Both the position numbers and the translations under genes were made by a program. A stretch of DNA of 63,638 nt, filler included, from Atractiella rhizophila (Eukaryota): NCBI GenBank assembly GCA_021432655.1. It is 4 parts of 4 records of this genome, joined end to end, with 100 filler letters (N's around TTAATTAATTAA, not from the genome) between each part and the next. Parts side by side here need not be neighbours in the genome. Positions count along the whole stretch, not along the records: positions 25,565 to 51,011 come from MU271772.1; 3 more parts are not named here. One strand, given 5' to 3'. Positions 35,530 through 47,823 of this stretch are shown piece after piece (positions within the stretch are counted from its first letter, which is position 1; every line of letters starts with the position of its first letter). Under the pieces are notes generated by a model, which saw nothing but the letters and a program-made list of their open reading frames with translations, was not told where the DNA came from and made no database searches.

Positions 35530-36463
35530 TCATCGCGGCCTGGGCGTCATATCCCCCTCCTCCTCATCCCCAAGACTAAACACATCCTCCGCACTAACCC
35601 AGGGATTCTCTTCCTCCCTCGCCTGTTCAAAAGACGACTGCCACATCCTCTCATCCACCTCGTCCTCATCCTCCTCCTCATCTTCCAATCTAAGCGGTTG
35701 ATAAAACATCGACAGCTCCCTCCTCTCCCTCCGCCTCTTCTCCGCATACGTGCACACCAACAGGGCGAGGCCTGCGCCGGCCAGGTTGGAGAGGACGTCT
35801 AGGACGTCGAAGGATTTGTAGGGGAGGAGGGACTGGATGAGTTCGGTTGTTATTGCGGCGAAGGAGGAGAGGGAGGCGGAGAGGAGGAGGGGGAGGCGAC
35901 GGAAGAGGGGGGAGAAACGGGTCGTTTGGGTCGTGCTGGTGGAGGTGGTGGAGGGAAGGGAGATGGAGTAGAAGAGGCAGGTGGTTAGGGTTAGGAAGGT
36001 GAGGAAGTGGAGGAGGAGGTGGTTTAGTGGCGCTGTGGCGTCTTTGGCGAGGAGGAGGTAGAGAGGGTAGGGAAGGAGGAGGAGGAAGAGGAGGACCCAA
36101 AACTGTACGTATTTGAAGCATGTTAGTATGTCGTTCTCCATGATCATTTGTGTTACGATGCGTATTTTCTCTCCTTCGTCCCAGATAACAGATTGACTTC
36201 TCATCAACACAACGCACAATAAACAACGTCTCCTCCCTCCTCACCTCTCACACGATCGTTTCAAAGAAAAGACAACAACGCACCGGTCGGACCCCAACAG
36301 GCACCCTCCTCCCCGCAGGCCCCAACACCCGCTCCAAAGAAACGGAGTACAGAAGCACTTTCCCGACGTTCTTCCTCTTCATCCACCGTGGCAGGAAACG
36401 TCGTTTCCGGGCGGCGAGCGCGTCCATGTCGGCGTTGGTGGTGGGGAGCTTGACGCCTGCCAT
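35530..36463 (-). CDS. VanZ-like membrane protein (full-length copy, 1 intron)
   Basis: MAGVKLP...VGVRP|FWVLLFL...NHLLLHFLTF...TELIQSLLPYKSFDVLDVLSNLAGAGLAL, matching the VanZ HF / ExxQ / DxxxNxxG pattern, then an acidic tail. Confidence 0.8.
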
Positions 36464-37007
36464 TGGGGGCTAGAAGAGGCAGGTGGTTAGGGTTAGGAAG
36501 GTGAGGAAGTGGAGGAGGAGGTGGTTGAGTGGCGCTGTGGCGTCTTTGGCGAGGAGGAGGTAGAGAGGGTAGGGAAGGAGGAGGAAGAAGAGGAAGACCC
36601 AGAACTGTACGTATTAGTAGCATGTTAGTATTTCGTTCTCCATGATCATTGGTGTCACGATCCGTATTTTCTCTCCCAAAGGAGAACTGAAATCAACAAT
36701 TGAAGGTTTCCTTCGTCCCAGATAACAAATTGGCTTCACATCAACAGAACCCACAATAGCCAACGTCTCTCCCTCCTCACCTCTCACACGATCGTTTCAA
36801 AAGAAAAGACAACAACGCACCGGTCGGACCCCAACAGGCACTCTCCTCCCCGCAGGCCCCAACACCCGCTCCAACGAAACGGAGTACAGAAGCACTTTCC
36901 CGACGTTCTTCCTCTTCATCCACCGTGGCAGGAAACGGCGTTTCCGGGCGGCGAGCGCGTCCATGTCGGCGGTGGTGGTGGGGAGCTTGACGCCTGCCAT
37001 TGGGGGC
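35969..37007. repeat. Tandem direct duplication (copy A 35969-36470, copy B 36471-37007) of the VanZ 5' half
   Basis: Both copies start TAGAAGAGGCAGGTGGTTAGGG and end GCCTGCCATTGGGGGC. They differ by scattered SNPs and a ~35-bp intronic indel. Confidence 0.95.
36470..37000 (-). pseudogene. Truncated upstream VanZ copy (~105 aa) ending at a TAG created by the duplication junction
   Basis: ...TGC CTC TTC TA|G CCC CCA ATG: the junction forms a stop 6 nt before the ATG of the intact copy. Confidence 0.75.
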
Positions 37008-37290
37008 TGAGGTGGGGAATTAGTGTTGAGGATAGGAAGATGCTGAGTGGAGCTCGTGAGGCTGGTTGGATTGGATATTGCTATTGCGTCACACTACGGC
37101 TGGCTGTGGGGAGACTAGAGCAAAACTACAGACACGACGCAATTCTCCACAGTCAGCATTATATAATAGTCACAGTCACAGCTGAAGCGAAGTGACAGCT
37201 GCACGCAAACACGACCAAGCGTGGCGTCAACTCGAATACTCGCCACCTGCCTTCATTAAACCAAGTCACCCAGTCCATTGGCAATCGATC

Positions 37291-40200
37291 ATGTCCACCC
37301 CTCCCCGTCTCTCAGACTCACCCGTCCCCCTCACCCCGCGATCCCTCGAGGCGCTCTTCACCCCTCCTCCACTTGGGCCGCCGGCTATGCCGCTTGTCTC
37401 TAATCGGGGAGAGAGAGAGGAGGAGGAGAGGATGGAGGGAGCTGCTGTCGCTTCGACTTCTGGTGCTGGTCGAGCCGAGGTGGAAGGAGAGGGAGGTGGA
37501 GCAGGAGCAGAGAGGGACAGGGACAGGGAGAGGGAGGGGGAGGGAGAAGTGGAGGGAGAGGAGGGAGAAGATGTTTGGTCTATTTTGGAGCGACAGCTGT
37601 TCGATGAACCGCTGCCCGAGTTGGAGGTGGATATGGACATGGAGTTGGGAGATGGAGATGGACGGAGAGGAGGAGAGGAGGAGAGGGAGGAGGATGCGGC
37701 GGAGAGGGTGAGGTGGGCTTTGGATGGGAGGAGGGAGGGCAGGAGAGAACCGCCTTTGTTGGTGCGGAGGGAACCACCTTTACTTTGGCCTAGGGCGGAC
37801 GCTGGGTCCGAGAGAGGTGAGCGTTTTATTTCAAGCTGGTATGAGTGCGGAGGGTAGATAAATCTTTGGTCTTTCTTACTCTACTTCATCTATTCTATGA
37901 ATTTCTGTGCACCTCACTGTACGGTGGAGCTTCTCGAGGTAGATAGTGATGTCTAGTTGGAAGAGGGCCATTCCAGGATCTGTTTGATGGTGATGTGTTG
38001 TAGACAATTTGCTCTTGTCCGAGAGCACCGTCATGGGTGTCCCCGTTTTATTGACGCGTCTAGCTCGGAGTTTTATACCATTTATGTGAGATTGACAGAT
38101 TAGAGGTCGTAACAGAAGGTTATCCCCCTGTGCATTGTGCACCTTCATCTCGACCATTCCTGTCGCGCCGCAGATGTCGCGGCGGCTTTGGGCGAGATAG
38201 AGGTGTATGAGGGTTGTGCACGGAGCAAATGTGACTCCTCCAATCGAGTTTTGAACGGCCTTGACGGTTGTTCTTGAAGAGAGATATTTTGTTCTGTTGT
38301 GTTCTCATCCTCATAGGCTAGTCTGGGGCTGCTTCGCTTTGGCAGGGAATGAAATTGGCGTCCGGTCTCTAGCGTTGACTTGTAACGCATCTACAAACCT
38401 TGATAAGCCTTAGTAGATGAAGGCTTCGGCCTGCATTCTTTTGGAAAGTCTCTGTCTTGTAGGAAACGGTGGACATCATGGATCTGCGTTGACACCTGAG
38501 CTATGAGGAGAGAACGAATATTGTAGAGTTGTCAGAACGTGCCGAACTTCGTCCTATCTTAGTATCAGCTCTAGAATAAGGGCAATTATGTCAGCCCATC
38601 TATTGCTATAATTGATTATGAGACAATCTATTCGGGGAGATTGCGTCGTTCTTATGCATCCGAACATTCTATCTTCCGGCGCTTGTACTTGAAGACCAAT
38701 GGCTCATTGAGCATGAACCAGAATCAACATCACGAGATCGTTCAAGTTCGTTACGCCGCGCCGTGTTCCCCGATCCCCCTGAACCCATCCCAGACACCGT
38801 GCTCTCCCCAAATCAGCTCCTCCGCATCTTCACCGCGCAGACGAATGCCATCGCTCGCGACATCGAGAGGGCCCAGTCGGAAACGGAGAGGGAAGTCGAA
38901 AGCCTGGAGCGACAGCAACAGCGGATACGACAGCTCATGAGCAGGCTCGAATCTCAAAATGTCCCCGAACCGCAACCGAACCCAGATCCCCCCATGCCCA
39001 TGCGGGCGGAGGCTCCGAGGGTTCGAGACAGAGAAGCTCTCCTTATAGAGCGCGAGCGGTATATACGGAACATAGTACGCGGTTTAGCTATTATCAATAG
39101 GGAGCAGGAGAGAACGCCGTTTCGCGCAGCTTTGGCGGCTGGGCGAGGAGGGACAACCCTTGAATCCACACGAAGGAGGATCTTGGAGCAGAGGCTGCGG
39201 TTGATGAGAAGTCAGCAGGATCGCCTCGCGAGGGAGTTTCAGCGGTTCGACGAAGAGCTCAGTCGGGCGGGAGAGAGCAGTAATTCGATCTCGACGACTT
39301 TGCAAGGTAGCGACAGTCCTTTGAACACCGCTCGTCCGGGCGTGCTGGGGCGAAACCCTCCTCCGCTTGATGTCAACTTTTTCCTCTCACAGAGAGGACG
39401 CGATCTCGCCATCGCATCCAGGGAGCGATTGTCGCAGCTTCGCAATCCGGAGACCAGGGACCTCTTCCGTCGGCGGATGATGGCACTGCTTCGACTTCGG
39501 CAGGGGTTCGCAGACATGGAACAAGTCACTGAGGAACTGCTTTTGTTGAGGCAGGAGGAAGAAGGGAGCAGCGATGAGGCACGGAGAAATCGGATGGCCG
39601 CCTTTCCGAGCCCTGTCAGACGACTCTCTCGCACGCGAACTCCTCGTGTTCAGCTCACTCCAGACTCACGCACGTCTACTTTCCGACGACGGAGGTCTTT
39701 GCGACCGTTGAGCTTGTCGGATGCTGACTATGACGGCCAAATCGTAGAGAATGAGAATCCGGTCATTCCTCCTTTCCTCCCATCTCCTGTCCGCGATCTA
39801 GAAGAGGATGAAATTTTGGAACGGCTGCAGTCATTGCAAGAGAGAGCAAGCTCTTCAGCGCAACAAGACCTCCCAGCCCGCTCATTTCTTCCCGACATCC
39901 GGCAGGAACTTCAACGACGAAGAGAGCAAATGACTGGCTCACTTCCTCGATCATCCATGCCTGTAGAGCGTACAAGTGCTATTGCCGACATGGAAACCCG
40001 TCGAGCTTCAATTCAACGGGAGGATGACTTTTTTAGTCGGCAGCTCCGCGAAGTTGTCGAAGAGCGGCGGCAAATTGAAGAGGAGCGACGCAATCGTATC
40101 CTACAGCGTCCATCAGAAATAGCAAATCACTTGATGCAGATCAGAAGCTTCTTTCGTCTACGTCCCGAGAATCCAGAAGATGCAAACCCACCAGCTGTAC

Positions 40201-42300
40201 TTGATCAAGATCAGTACGAGAATTGGGTTAATGCGTTTCAGCCAGCAAGCTGGCGTAGTCCCCCTGCCTTACCGTCAAGAGAGAGTCCTGTCGGTGGTCG
40301 ACGATCTCCCAGGATGTCTGTTCCCGACGACAATCAGGATGCATCGTTTAATCCCCAATTTGACTCCTTATCAGCGCCATCTCCTCCCCCAGTACGAAGC
40401 TCCAATCCTGTTCGACCTGCCTATCCGTTCGTTTCCACCATTCGGCCCGAACCTCGAGCTAGCTCACGTCATTTCGGAACAAGCACAGGAGACTACATCA
40501 TTGTCGGAGAACCTGTAGAAGGACTCCCCTCTCCTTTGAGCTTACGCGGTCGAAGATTCAATTTTCTCCGTCAAGTGGACCTCGAAAAAGAGCCGGTGTA
40601 TGACATCTATTGCGGAAATCAGTTTGTAGATGCGGACGACGACGGAGAGAATGGGTCGATACTCTTCGATCGACCTCCAGGTATCAGCTATGAATGGCGA
40701 GATCTGCGGAGTGATGCCGCTTTCGACGAGCTGCGGGATCCAATGTGGAAAGGGAAGGGGAAGGACGTTTCTGCAGAATCAGGAGACCCGGCGCGGTTGC
40801 CAGTCTCAGGGGGTTGCGGGAAGTTGTTGTGTGCGAGGGGAATGAGAATAGACAAGAGCAGTTGTGGAATTATTGCTGCTCCGGGTCACTTTAGGACAAC
40901 CAAAAAGTATTTTGTCACAGACGCTCCACCTTGTGGTGCTGCCGGCTTGGGTCGAGTTGAACAGAAGCGGGATGGCTTGAAATGCAAGACGGAAAAGCTT
41001 TGTTGTGTCGAGTGGTACATGCCTTTTTCTCTTGCTCTGATGGGACTGACAATCATTCAGCGGGAATGAGGTTGGCTTCCGAATCTTACAAAATTGCCAC
41101 ATATGTCAAGCCTCGCGCGAAACTACGGCCTTCTTCTATTTTCTGCCACGATCAGTAACGGCTTTACCTCGTCCTCTCACGCATCCCCCACCTCGGATGG
41201 CCGTGTCCATCGATGCTCCGATCTGCTCTTGGGCGTCCATACCATCTGTGCAATCAGATTTCAGAGATGGTCTTGTTTCTGAGCCGATGCATTGGATAGG
41301 AGGAGCCACAGGTGGGGATGAATGGATTCAAAAAGCTACGACCCCTCGAGCCAAAAAACGAGGGGGGGAATTTGACGATCGCAGCGTTGGCGATTTACCA
41401 GGAAGCGGACCACCGACCCGATCCAATCAGCTCAATCCTCCTCCCGTCAACCTGAACATTTCTGAAGAGGACGTGGCTTTGTTCAGGGAGGCGCAAGAAC
41501 TAGCTCGCCTCCGACGCATTGGTCGAGGGTCACCTATTGAACGCGTCGTGCCAGAAAATCGACCGGAAGAAAGCCTCGGCAGGCGTCCTTCCTCCACTCT
41601 CGCCGTCCCTCCCCAACCACTTCCCCTTCGCTCGCCTCCAGCAACTCCAACTCCGCTGGAACGAGAGGAGATGCAAAGACGGCTCGATGCAGAGCCTCAG
41701 GGAGGACGATTGGTCCGAAGTCATGCTATCCGCCTTCCTAGGGTTCAGATTGAAGAAGAAGAGGACGACGAAACTGATGGTGCTGAGACTGAGGTTCCTG
41801 AAGAACTGGATGAAGCCGGTTTCGTGAGGGGCCAAGTGCGGCCATCGATGAATCTTTTTCGCGGTTTCAACGAGGTGCCGGACAGAGGCTCACCGCCCCA
41901 AGGATATTTGCACGGGAACATCCAAGATGTTGTGGATTCTCTGCGTGATAGTCTTGTGCGCGATGAGGTGGCAAGATCATCAGCAAACCTGAGCAACCGT
42001 CCGGCAACGCATACTTTGACAACTGCAGATGACGCCGTAGTCATTCCTCAAGACACCGTATCCTTTCCCGTAGCTACGACCCCGTGGAACCCTGCAGCTC
42101 TTCATAACGAAGAGAGCAGCACCGGCTCTGAGCAGGTACCACAAGAGAGACGCAGGGTTAGACCGGTGTATAGTGATCGTCATGCAACCGATGTCTTTTT
42201 GGGATTAGCCGCTCTGGGCTGGGGAGCGGCGGCGCACGAGCACCATAATGAAATGGAAGTCGAGCTGGAACGACCGGCGCGACAGGTGTTAGATCGTTGA
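37291..42300 (+). CDS. Large (~1350 aa) mostly disordered protein with an internal FAM72-like zinc-binding domain; introns 37817-38721 and 41015-41060
   Basis: Splice phases match at both introns (G|AA, TG|C). Domain: VYDIYC...GCGKLLCARGM...TDAPP...CKTEKLCCVECGNEVGFRILQNCHIC...FYFLPRSV, matching the FAM72 C..RGM / TD.PP / CxxCGNxVG / CxxC pattern. Confidence 0.75.
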
Positions 42301-42532
42301 AAGGACCTTTCAGTGCTTATGTTTGCATTCATGATAGGTTCCTCTGTGGCAAGATGTATTTTTCAGTCAAAGTTTGCATGGTTATACTACAAATAATGTG
42401 AACAGTGGATGAACAGATTGGGGGCCCTGATCCCTGACAGGGGGTTCGCTAGAAGGAGGATATACGCGAGTCGGGGGCAAGGAGACATTTTGAGATAAGC
42501 AAAGAGAATTACGCAGAGTCATGGACAGAGCT

Positions 42533-45500
42533 CTAGGGCTTTTTGTCGGGAAGCTGGAAAGTGACCCCTTGGGAATCTGTCCGCTGCATGGACAAGCCGT
42601 TCCCTTTCTTCGTATTCTTGCTATCCTTACTGTCTTTCGTATTCTCGCCCACTCGGCGGGTAACTGGTCGTCCGGTGCCTTCGTGGCTCAGCTCAGAGAC
42701 GCCTTCAGCAAAACGCAAGGAGCCCTTGGGAGAAGGTGGCCGAGATGGACGTTCAGTAGCTGCAGCCGGATCTTGCTTGCCTGGCACCTCTCCCGATTCC
42801 AGCTTGGATTCTGTATTCCTACGAGGTTGCATAAAGAGCATTTTGCGTAAAGAGAAGCCTCGTTCTCCCATGGGAGGTCGGACTGGTGCGGTAGAGGATG
42901 ATTGGATCGGGGCGCCATAAGGTTTTGCATTCTCGTCATCATCTACCGTCTCAAACTCCCAGTCGCGACTTTGAAGAGGTGGGGAATGCTGTGGTGGACG
43001 GTCTGCTGATTTGTGCTTTTCGTACCCAACGTGCTTATCGATGACATCTTCAAAATCTTCAATGACATCGCGTACTTTCTCTATCGGGACTCTCAGGCTG
43101 GCCAGGTGGCTATGGCGTTCGCGCAGTGTTGCCTGTTCTTCCGGCTTCAGGTCCCTGACGTGTACTTCCTCGCCGTCATTTTTCTCAATTATGATCTAGG
43201 CAACATTATGAGCATCTGATCCCGGAGGACAACTAGAGGAATTGTTACCTTGTGCCCTTCAACAAATATCTGAGTGCCTTTCTTGTCCGAATCTACCCGT
43301 TCTCGTGGTCCTTCAGGGTGTTGCGGCTTCTGCACCTTCTCCATGGACGATCTTGGTGATTTCTCCCTAGGCTTCTCCTTTCCACCTGCTTTCTGTTGTT
43401 TCTCCATCGACGCTCTCGGTGACTTCTCCTGGTATTTCTCCTTATCGGCATTAGGTTCAGCAGGGGTGAATTTGGGCTTGACACCAAGATTGCTCGCACG
43501 CCGAACCGCTTTCCTGACCTGTTGCTCAGTTGGTCAGCTGATAGAAAACTTCACCGTAAGCAACGCACCAAGCCCTCGAAAGTATTATCGTCCATGTTCC
43601 CCTCTGCTCGACGGCCATCAGAAACACGATATATTCCTTCTGCTCGGGATGGATTATCTGGATCTAACGACCGAACTTCGACTTCTTCACCGTTCTTTCG
43701 CTCAATGATGACCTGAAAGCACTCTCAGACATATTTCATAGTCAGGCGCGTAAAACTCACCGTATTCCCCTCTATCCAAGTCCTCTCGTTGTTAGCGGTG
43801 CAATCAACTCGCTCCTTCCTCAAAGCTCTGTCCTTCGCTGCAGCTACAGGATCTTTCTCCAGATCCGACGTCGAAGTTCGGCGAAGCAAGAACGGTCTCA
43901 ACAGCGTAGCAGCCCTTCCCCTTCCTGGGGTGAGTCCTGGGGTGAGTCCTGCGGCCACTTCTGGATGGACTGGAGGCGGCGTTGGGATACGGTCCTTCTG
44001 ATGAGCGGGTTCAGGCTCTTGAATGATAGGTTTCTCCTTTTCCGAAATGTCAGCCTCAGGGGCAGGTGTATTTGAATCCTCGGATTCCTCTTCGATGATA
44101 TCTGAAATGCGTCGCTTTCCTTTCTCCAGATCGGAGTCGTCGCGATTGACCACGATGTCGTCTGGTCGATCGACCTTTCGGGCGTGAGACAACCAAGCTG
44201 GACCACCGGAGGCTTGTGTCCAAGTACGCGATATGGAGTGAACTCGGGAGTGCAGACGTTTGCCAACTGAAAAGAAAGGGATCGTTAAACCTGTTGGTTC
44301 GTCAATATTCGTGATACTTGGCAAGACAAGACGAAAGGACACACCATGGACTAAGACGGAGGACAGGACCAAGAAATACACAATCGGTTGGATCGTCAAA
44401 GCGAGGACATCCAGGCTTGTTTCGGGAGGGTATAGCTGTACGCTTATCAGTAACGGTGTCCTTGTTCTGGGGGAAGGAGCTGTACCGGAGTGGGGAGACG
44501 TTCAGTTGCAAGTGTAGCGATAAAGATGGCTCCGACTCCCTGCGAACACCATCATCGGTCTGAAAGGTCGACATAGAACGTTGCACTCACCATGGGTCCA
44601 AAATGTCCCGAGAAGACGGCCTCTCTGAAAGTCTTGATATCGGGCATGAAATTATAGAACAAGAGGATGAATGGCAGCCTTCGAAGGACCAAGATAGCGA
44701 TGGCGAGAAGGACAAGTCTCCATGGTGTCAGGCTGAGGAGCGGGTCATCCCAAGCTGGAAACGGCATCGTTGCTCCGATATAGACGAATGTGGCGCAATT
44801 GACGAGCAGATCGATAATCTGACATTCCCCACGTTTGCCATTTGATCGCCTAGACAAGGAGGAGGAACTCACGTTGGCGAAGTTACTGTCTTCAATAGAC
44901 TCTGAGAACCAATCGTCCCAAGCTATCAAGCTCGTCAGTCTACGTTGCGATGAGGAACAAAAAGAATGCACCGAATGCAACTCCACAAGCAAAGGAAGCC
45001 AACAGATCGTCACTCCCCGCTAAGGTGGTGACGCCAGTTGTAAAGAGCGCCAAAGCGACATACATCGCTACCATGGACTCCCTATCGATGAGCCCTCTCC
45101 TCTTTGAAAACTTCATGATCTTCCTCGCCATAACGCCAATGAAGGCTCCAATGAACGTTCCAAGGATGATCTGATAAAGCAAAACGAGCAAGATCCACTG
45201 ACCGATCGTATCGCCCACCGAGACGTCTTCTCGTAAGAGGAGGAAGAGCGCGAGGAAGAGAAAAGGGAAGGCTGCGCCGTCGTTCGAGCCCGATTCGCAT
45301 TGCAGCAAATGTCGTAGATGGGAGGGTACGTGTTCCTGTGCGAATTTTCCTCTACCTACGACGGAGGCGGCGAGCACGGGATCGGTAGGAGTAACGGCGG
45401 CGGCGACGACGAGGGATTCGAGGAAAGTCAATTTGGGGATGATGACATAGATGAGCGCGCCAGAGACCATCCATCCGAACAACATGCTGCTCTCATCAGC

Positions 45501-46110
45501 ATCAACAAACCATGTCTTCAGCTCGGGGAGGGGAGGGACGGCGCACTTTGGGCCTAAGAGGATAGACAAGCTCTTCCAATGCTTGAGCACGTAACTTTTT
45601 GGCAGTTCCACTCCGACAGCAAACACCGATAGGGCGATAACGATGCGCATGATTTCTAACGTGACTTCGTTGAAGTCGCCCCCTCCGTTCCATGTTCTTG
45701 GTGCAAAGATGTCGGCTACAGTTTCTGAGAATACGATTCCGAGGCCGGTGGCGATGATCGGCTCTCCAAAGAAGAGTCGTTCCTTCACCAACGCGCTAAA
45801 GTCCGTATCAGTAAAAGGAATACTGGAGATAGGGGAATATATGTACCTGAACATGCCGAAGAAGACGGTGAAAGCACTGAGCAGTGTGTAAGCAAGATGG
45901 GCTACTGAGACTTCGGGTACGACTTTGAAGAGCTGTGCGAGCAAAATAATATCAGCAGTCGCATGGCATCAATCATTCAGAAAGACATACCTCCTCATGC
46001 GCATGATCGAGACCCTCCTCGACCCCTCCATGCACTTCGTACAATCCTGTGACATTTCCAAGCCGCAGCTTTGGGAGATAAAGGCTGAGATATCTGGTAT
46101 TAATCGACAT
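42533..46110 (-). CDS. NHA1: Fungal plasma-membrane Na+(K+)/H+ antiporter (CPA1, Nha1/Sod2 family) with long hydrophilic tail
   Basis: HLAYTLL, KERLFFGEP, FAVGVELPKSY, TPTDPVLAASVVGRGKFA, CESGSNDGAAFPF, GSDDLLASFACG, WDDWF, LRRLP, GHFGPM, HG|LTIPFF. Start position inferred. Confidence 0.9.
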
Positions 46111-47490
46111 GCTGGGAAGGCGTCAGCGTTATTGGGAGATATTGTCCCGACTTTTAGCTGTTTCCAAAGATCAGTGATGCTCTTCTTTGCTCAAAAATTC
46201 AATCTGCGGAGTGCGGAGTGTGTGTGTGAGATAGGCTACAGAGGCAGAGGCGATCGGTGGTCCTCTCTGGCCGCGCATTACGCACTCCGACTTGTGTTCT
46301 CACTAACTCATTTCTTTTTGTTGCGAGTTAATGAGCATCATTCAATACGACACTTATGAAAAGTATGCCATGATGACAATGATCCTGACAGATCGGGATG
46401 CTTGCGCCAAAATCAGCGTCACCTAATTATGGAGAACCAAGAGGGTCCCCAATCTTGGTTTCAAGAGGGCTGAGAAGATGCCAGGCACTCCAACATCTCT
46501 TATAAACGCCACAAGCAAATTTTTACTCCCAAAGCCCCTGAATGGTCTCTAAGCCTGGACAAGCAAGTTAACGCACCTAATTTCTGCTGCCACTGCGCCA
46601 AAACAATGCGCGCCTTGCGTCAGAATCCAACAAAACAACCCGAGAGGTTCACTTCCTCCTCGGCAGCTGTGACTGTGGGAAATAACAAGTCTGGGTCGGT
46701 GGGAGGAAAGAGCGAAGGGGCGCTGATGAGATGGACGAGAACTGAGCTCCTCGATGCAAGAGAGTCTTGGAGCCGTTGTCTCGGCGGACGTAATCGAGCC
46801 GCTACCAGTCCTCCGGGTCCTGTGTCTGGTCTGCTCGGCCAACTTCGGGGACGAAACTATAGTCTTCAAACGCAAACTAGCAGACTCAACACACTGCTGG
46901 ATTGCGAAGGAGATGATTATTTGTCCTGGAATGGTGTCGCTCTTATGGATGGTGTGCTGGCACGTTCCTGGCTGCTCTCTTGCAAGTTGCAACCATCGCC
47001 CCTCTTTGCGAAACATGGATTGATGCACGATTTGGCGCAAATAAAATGAGCGTGCATAATTATGTAAGATGAGAAGCAGGAGGCGGCGTAGAGAGACGTG
47101 GAGACAGCTTCTAAATCGTTGGGCCATTTTTGTTGTATCCTGGCAATGTTGATTGGGAACATGATCGATCGAACTTGAAGTACGCCAACTAGCAGAGAAA
47201 GGGGGGATGACGCTGGGCAAGGAGCGATGTCTACGAGATGAGATGAAGTGCATGGGTTGTTTATGCAAATATGCGCTTCTCATTCTCAGCTCTCATCTAT
47301 GAAAAATGAGTTATCAAGAGAGTTTGCTTCGACGTAGAAAAATATCGGTTCTGAAAACGGCAACAAATTACAGTAACGCTAACGATTATGTCATGTCATT
47401 GCTTCATTGCTGGTGGACAGCTTGTGATTGGGAAACGAGATCAGGTTGAGCTGTTTGTTGGTTTGGGAAATAAAAACAAGGGTGAAAAAG

Positions 47491-47575
47491 TGAGGTTTAT
47501 GTGGATTGAACACATGACCTTCAGATTACTAACTGTTACTTCAGTCTGACGCTCTCCCAACTGAGCTAAAACCTC
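47491..47575 (-). tRNA. trnF-GAA: tRNA-Phe(GAA) with 12-nt canonical intron (47527-47538)
   Basis: GAGGTTT-TA-GCTC AGTTGGGA GAGC-G-TCAGA CT GAA G[intron]A TCTGA-AGGTC-ATGTG TTCAATC CACAT-AAACCTC-A. All stems pair, and a T5 Pol III terminator follows. Confidence 0.96.
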
Positions 47576-47823
47576 TTTGATGCTAATTCTTTTCCTTTGC
47601 ATACCTATATTCTAATGGCAGTTCAGCAATGCCACTTTTCTGAATCGGGGATCGGGAACTGGGAAGCGAACAAAGGGAATATTTTTCATCATACTCACAC
47701 AGACAGAAGTCACTGATCTCCTCTCATACCTTTCCTTTCCTTACTCTTCCATCCATCCTTCACGCTGCTTCGACTCCCCAAAGTTTGTCAGTCCTTTGTG
47801 TCTTCATTCAGCACACGACTTGA

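Noticed and set aside
35983..35995. GGTTAGGGTTAGG telomere-like repeat (also near 36485)
   Set aside because: Only two units, lying within VanZ coding sequence (FLTLT); duplicated along with the gene.
37817..38721. TPP riboswitch in the long intron
   Set aside because: The conserved CTGAGA and ACCTGAT/TAAT core motifs are not present in the right arrangement.
43925..43952. 12-bp tandem repeat CCTGGGGTGAGT, and GAG-rich tracts at 37400-37740 and 49040-49063
   Set aside because: In-frame low-complexity coding sequence (GLTPGLTPG, Glu/Gly/Arg runs).
46549..47283. Overlapping 244-aa (-) and 147-aa (+) ORFs upstream of NHA1
   Set aside because: Ser/Arg-rich non-protein-like composition in all frames; I cannot choose a real frame.
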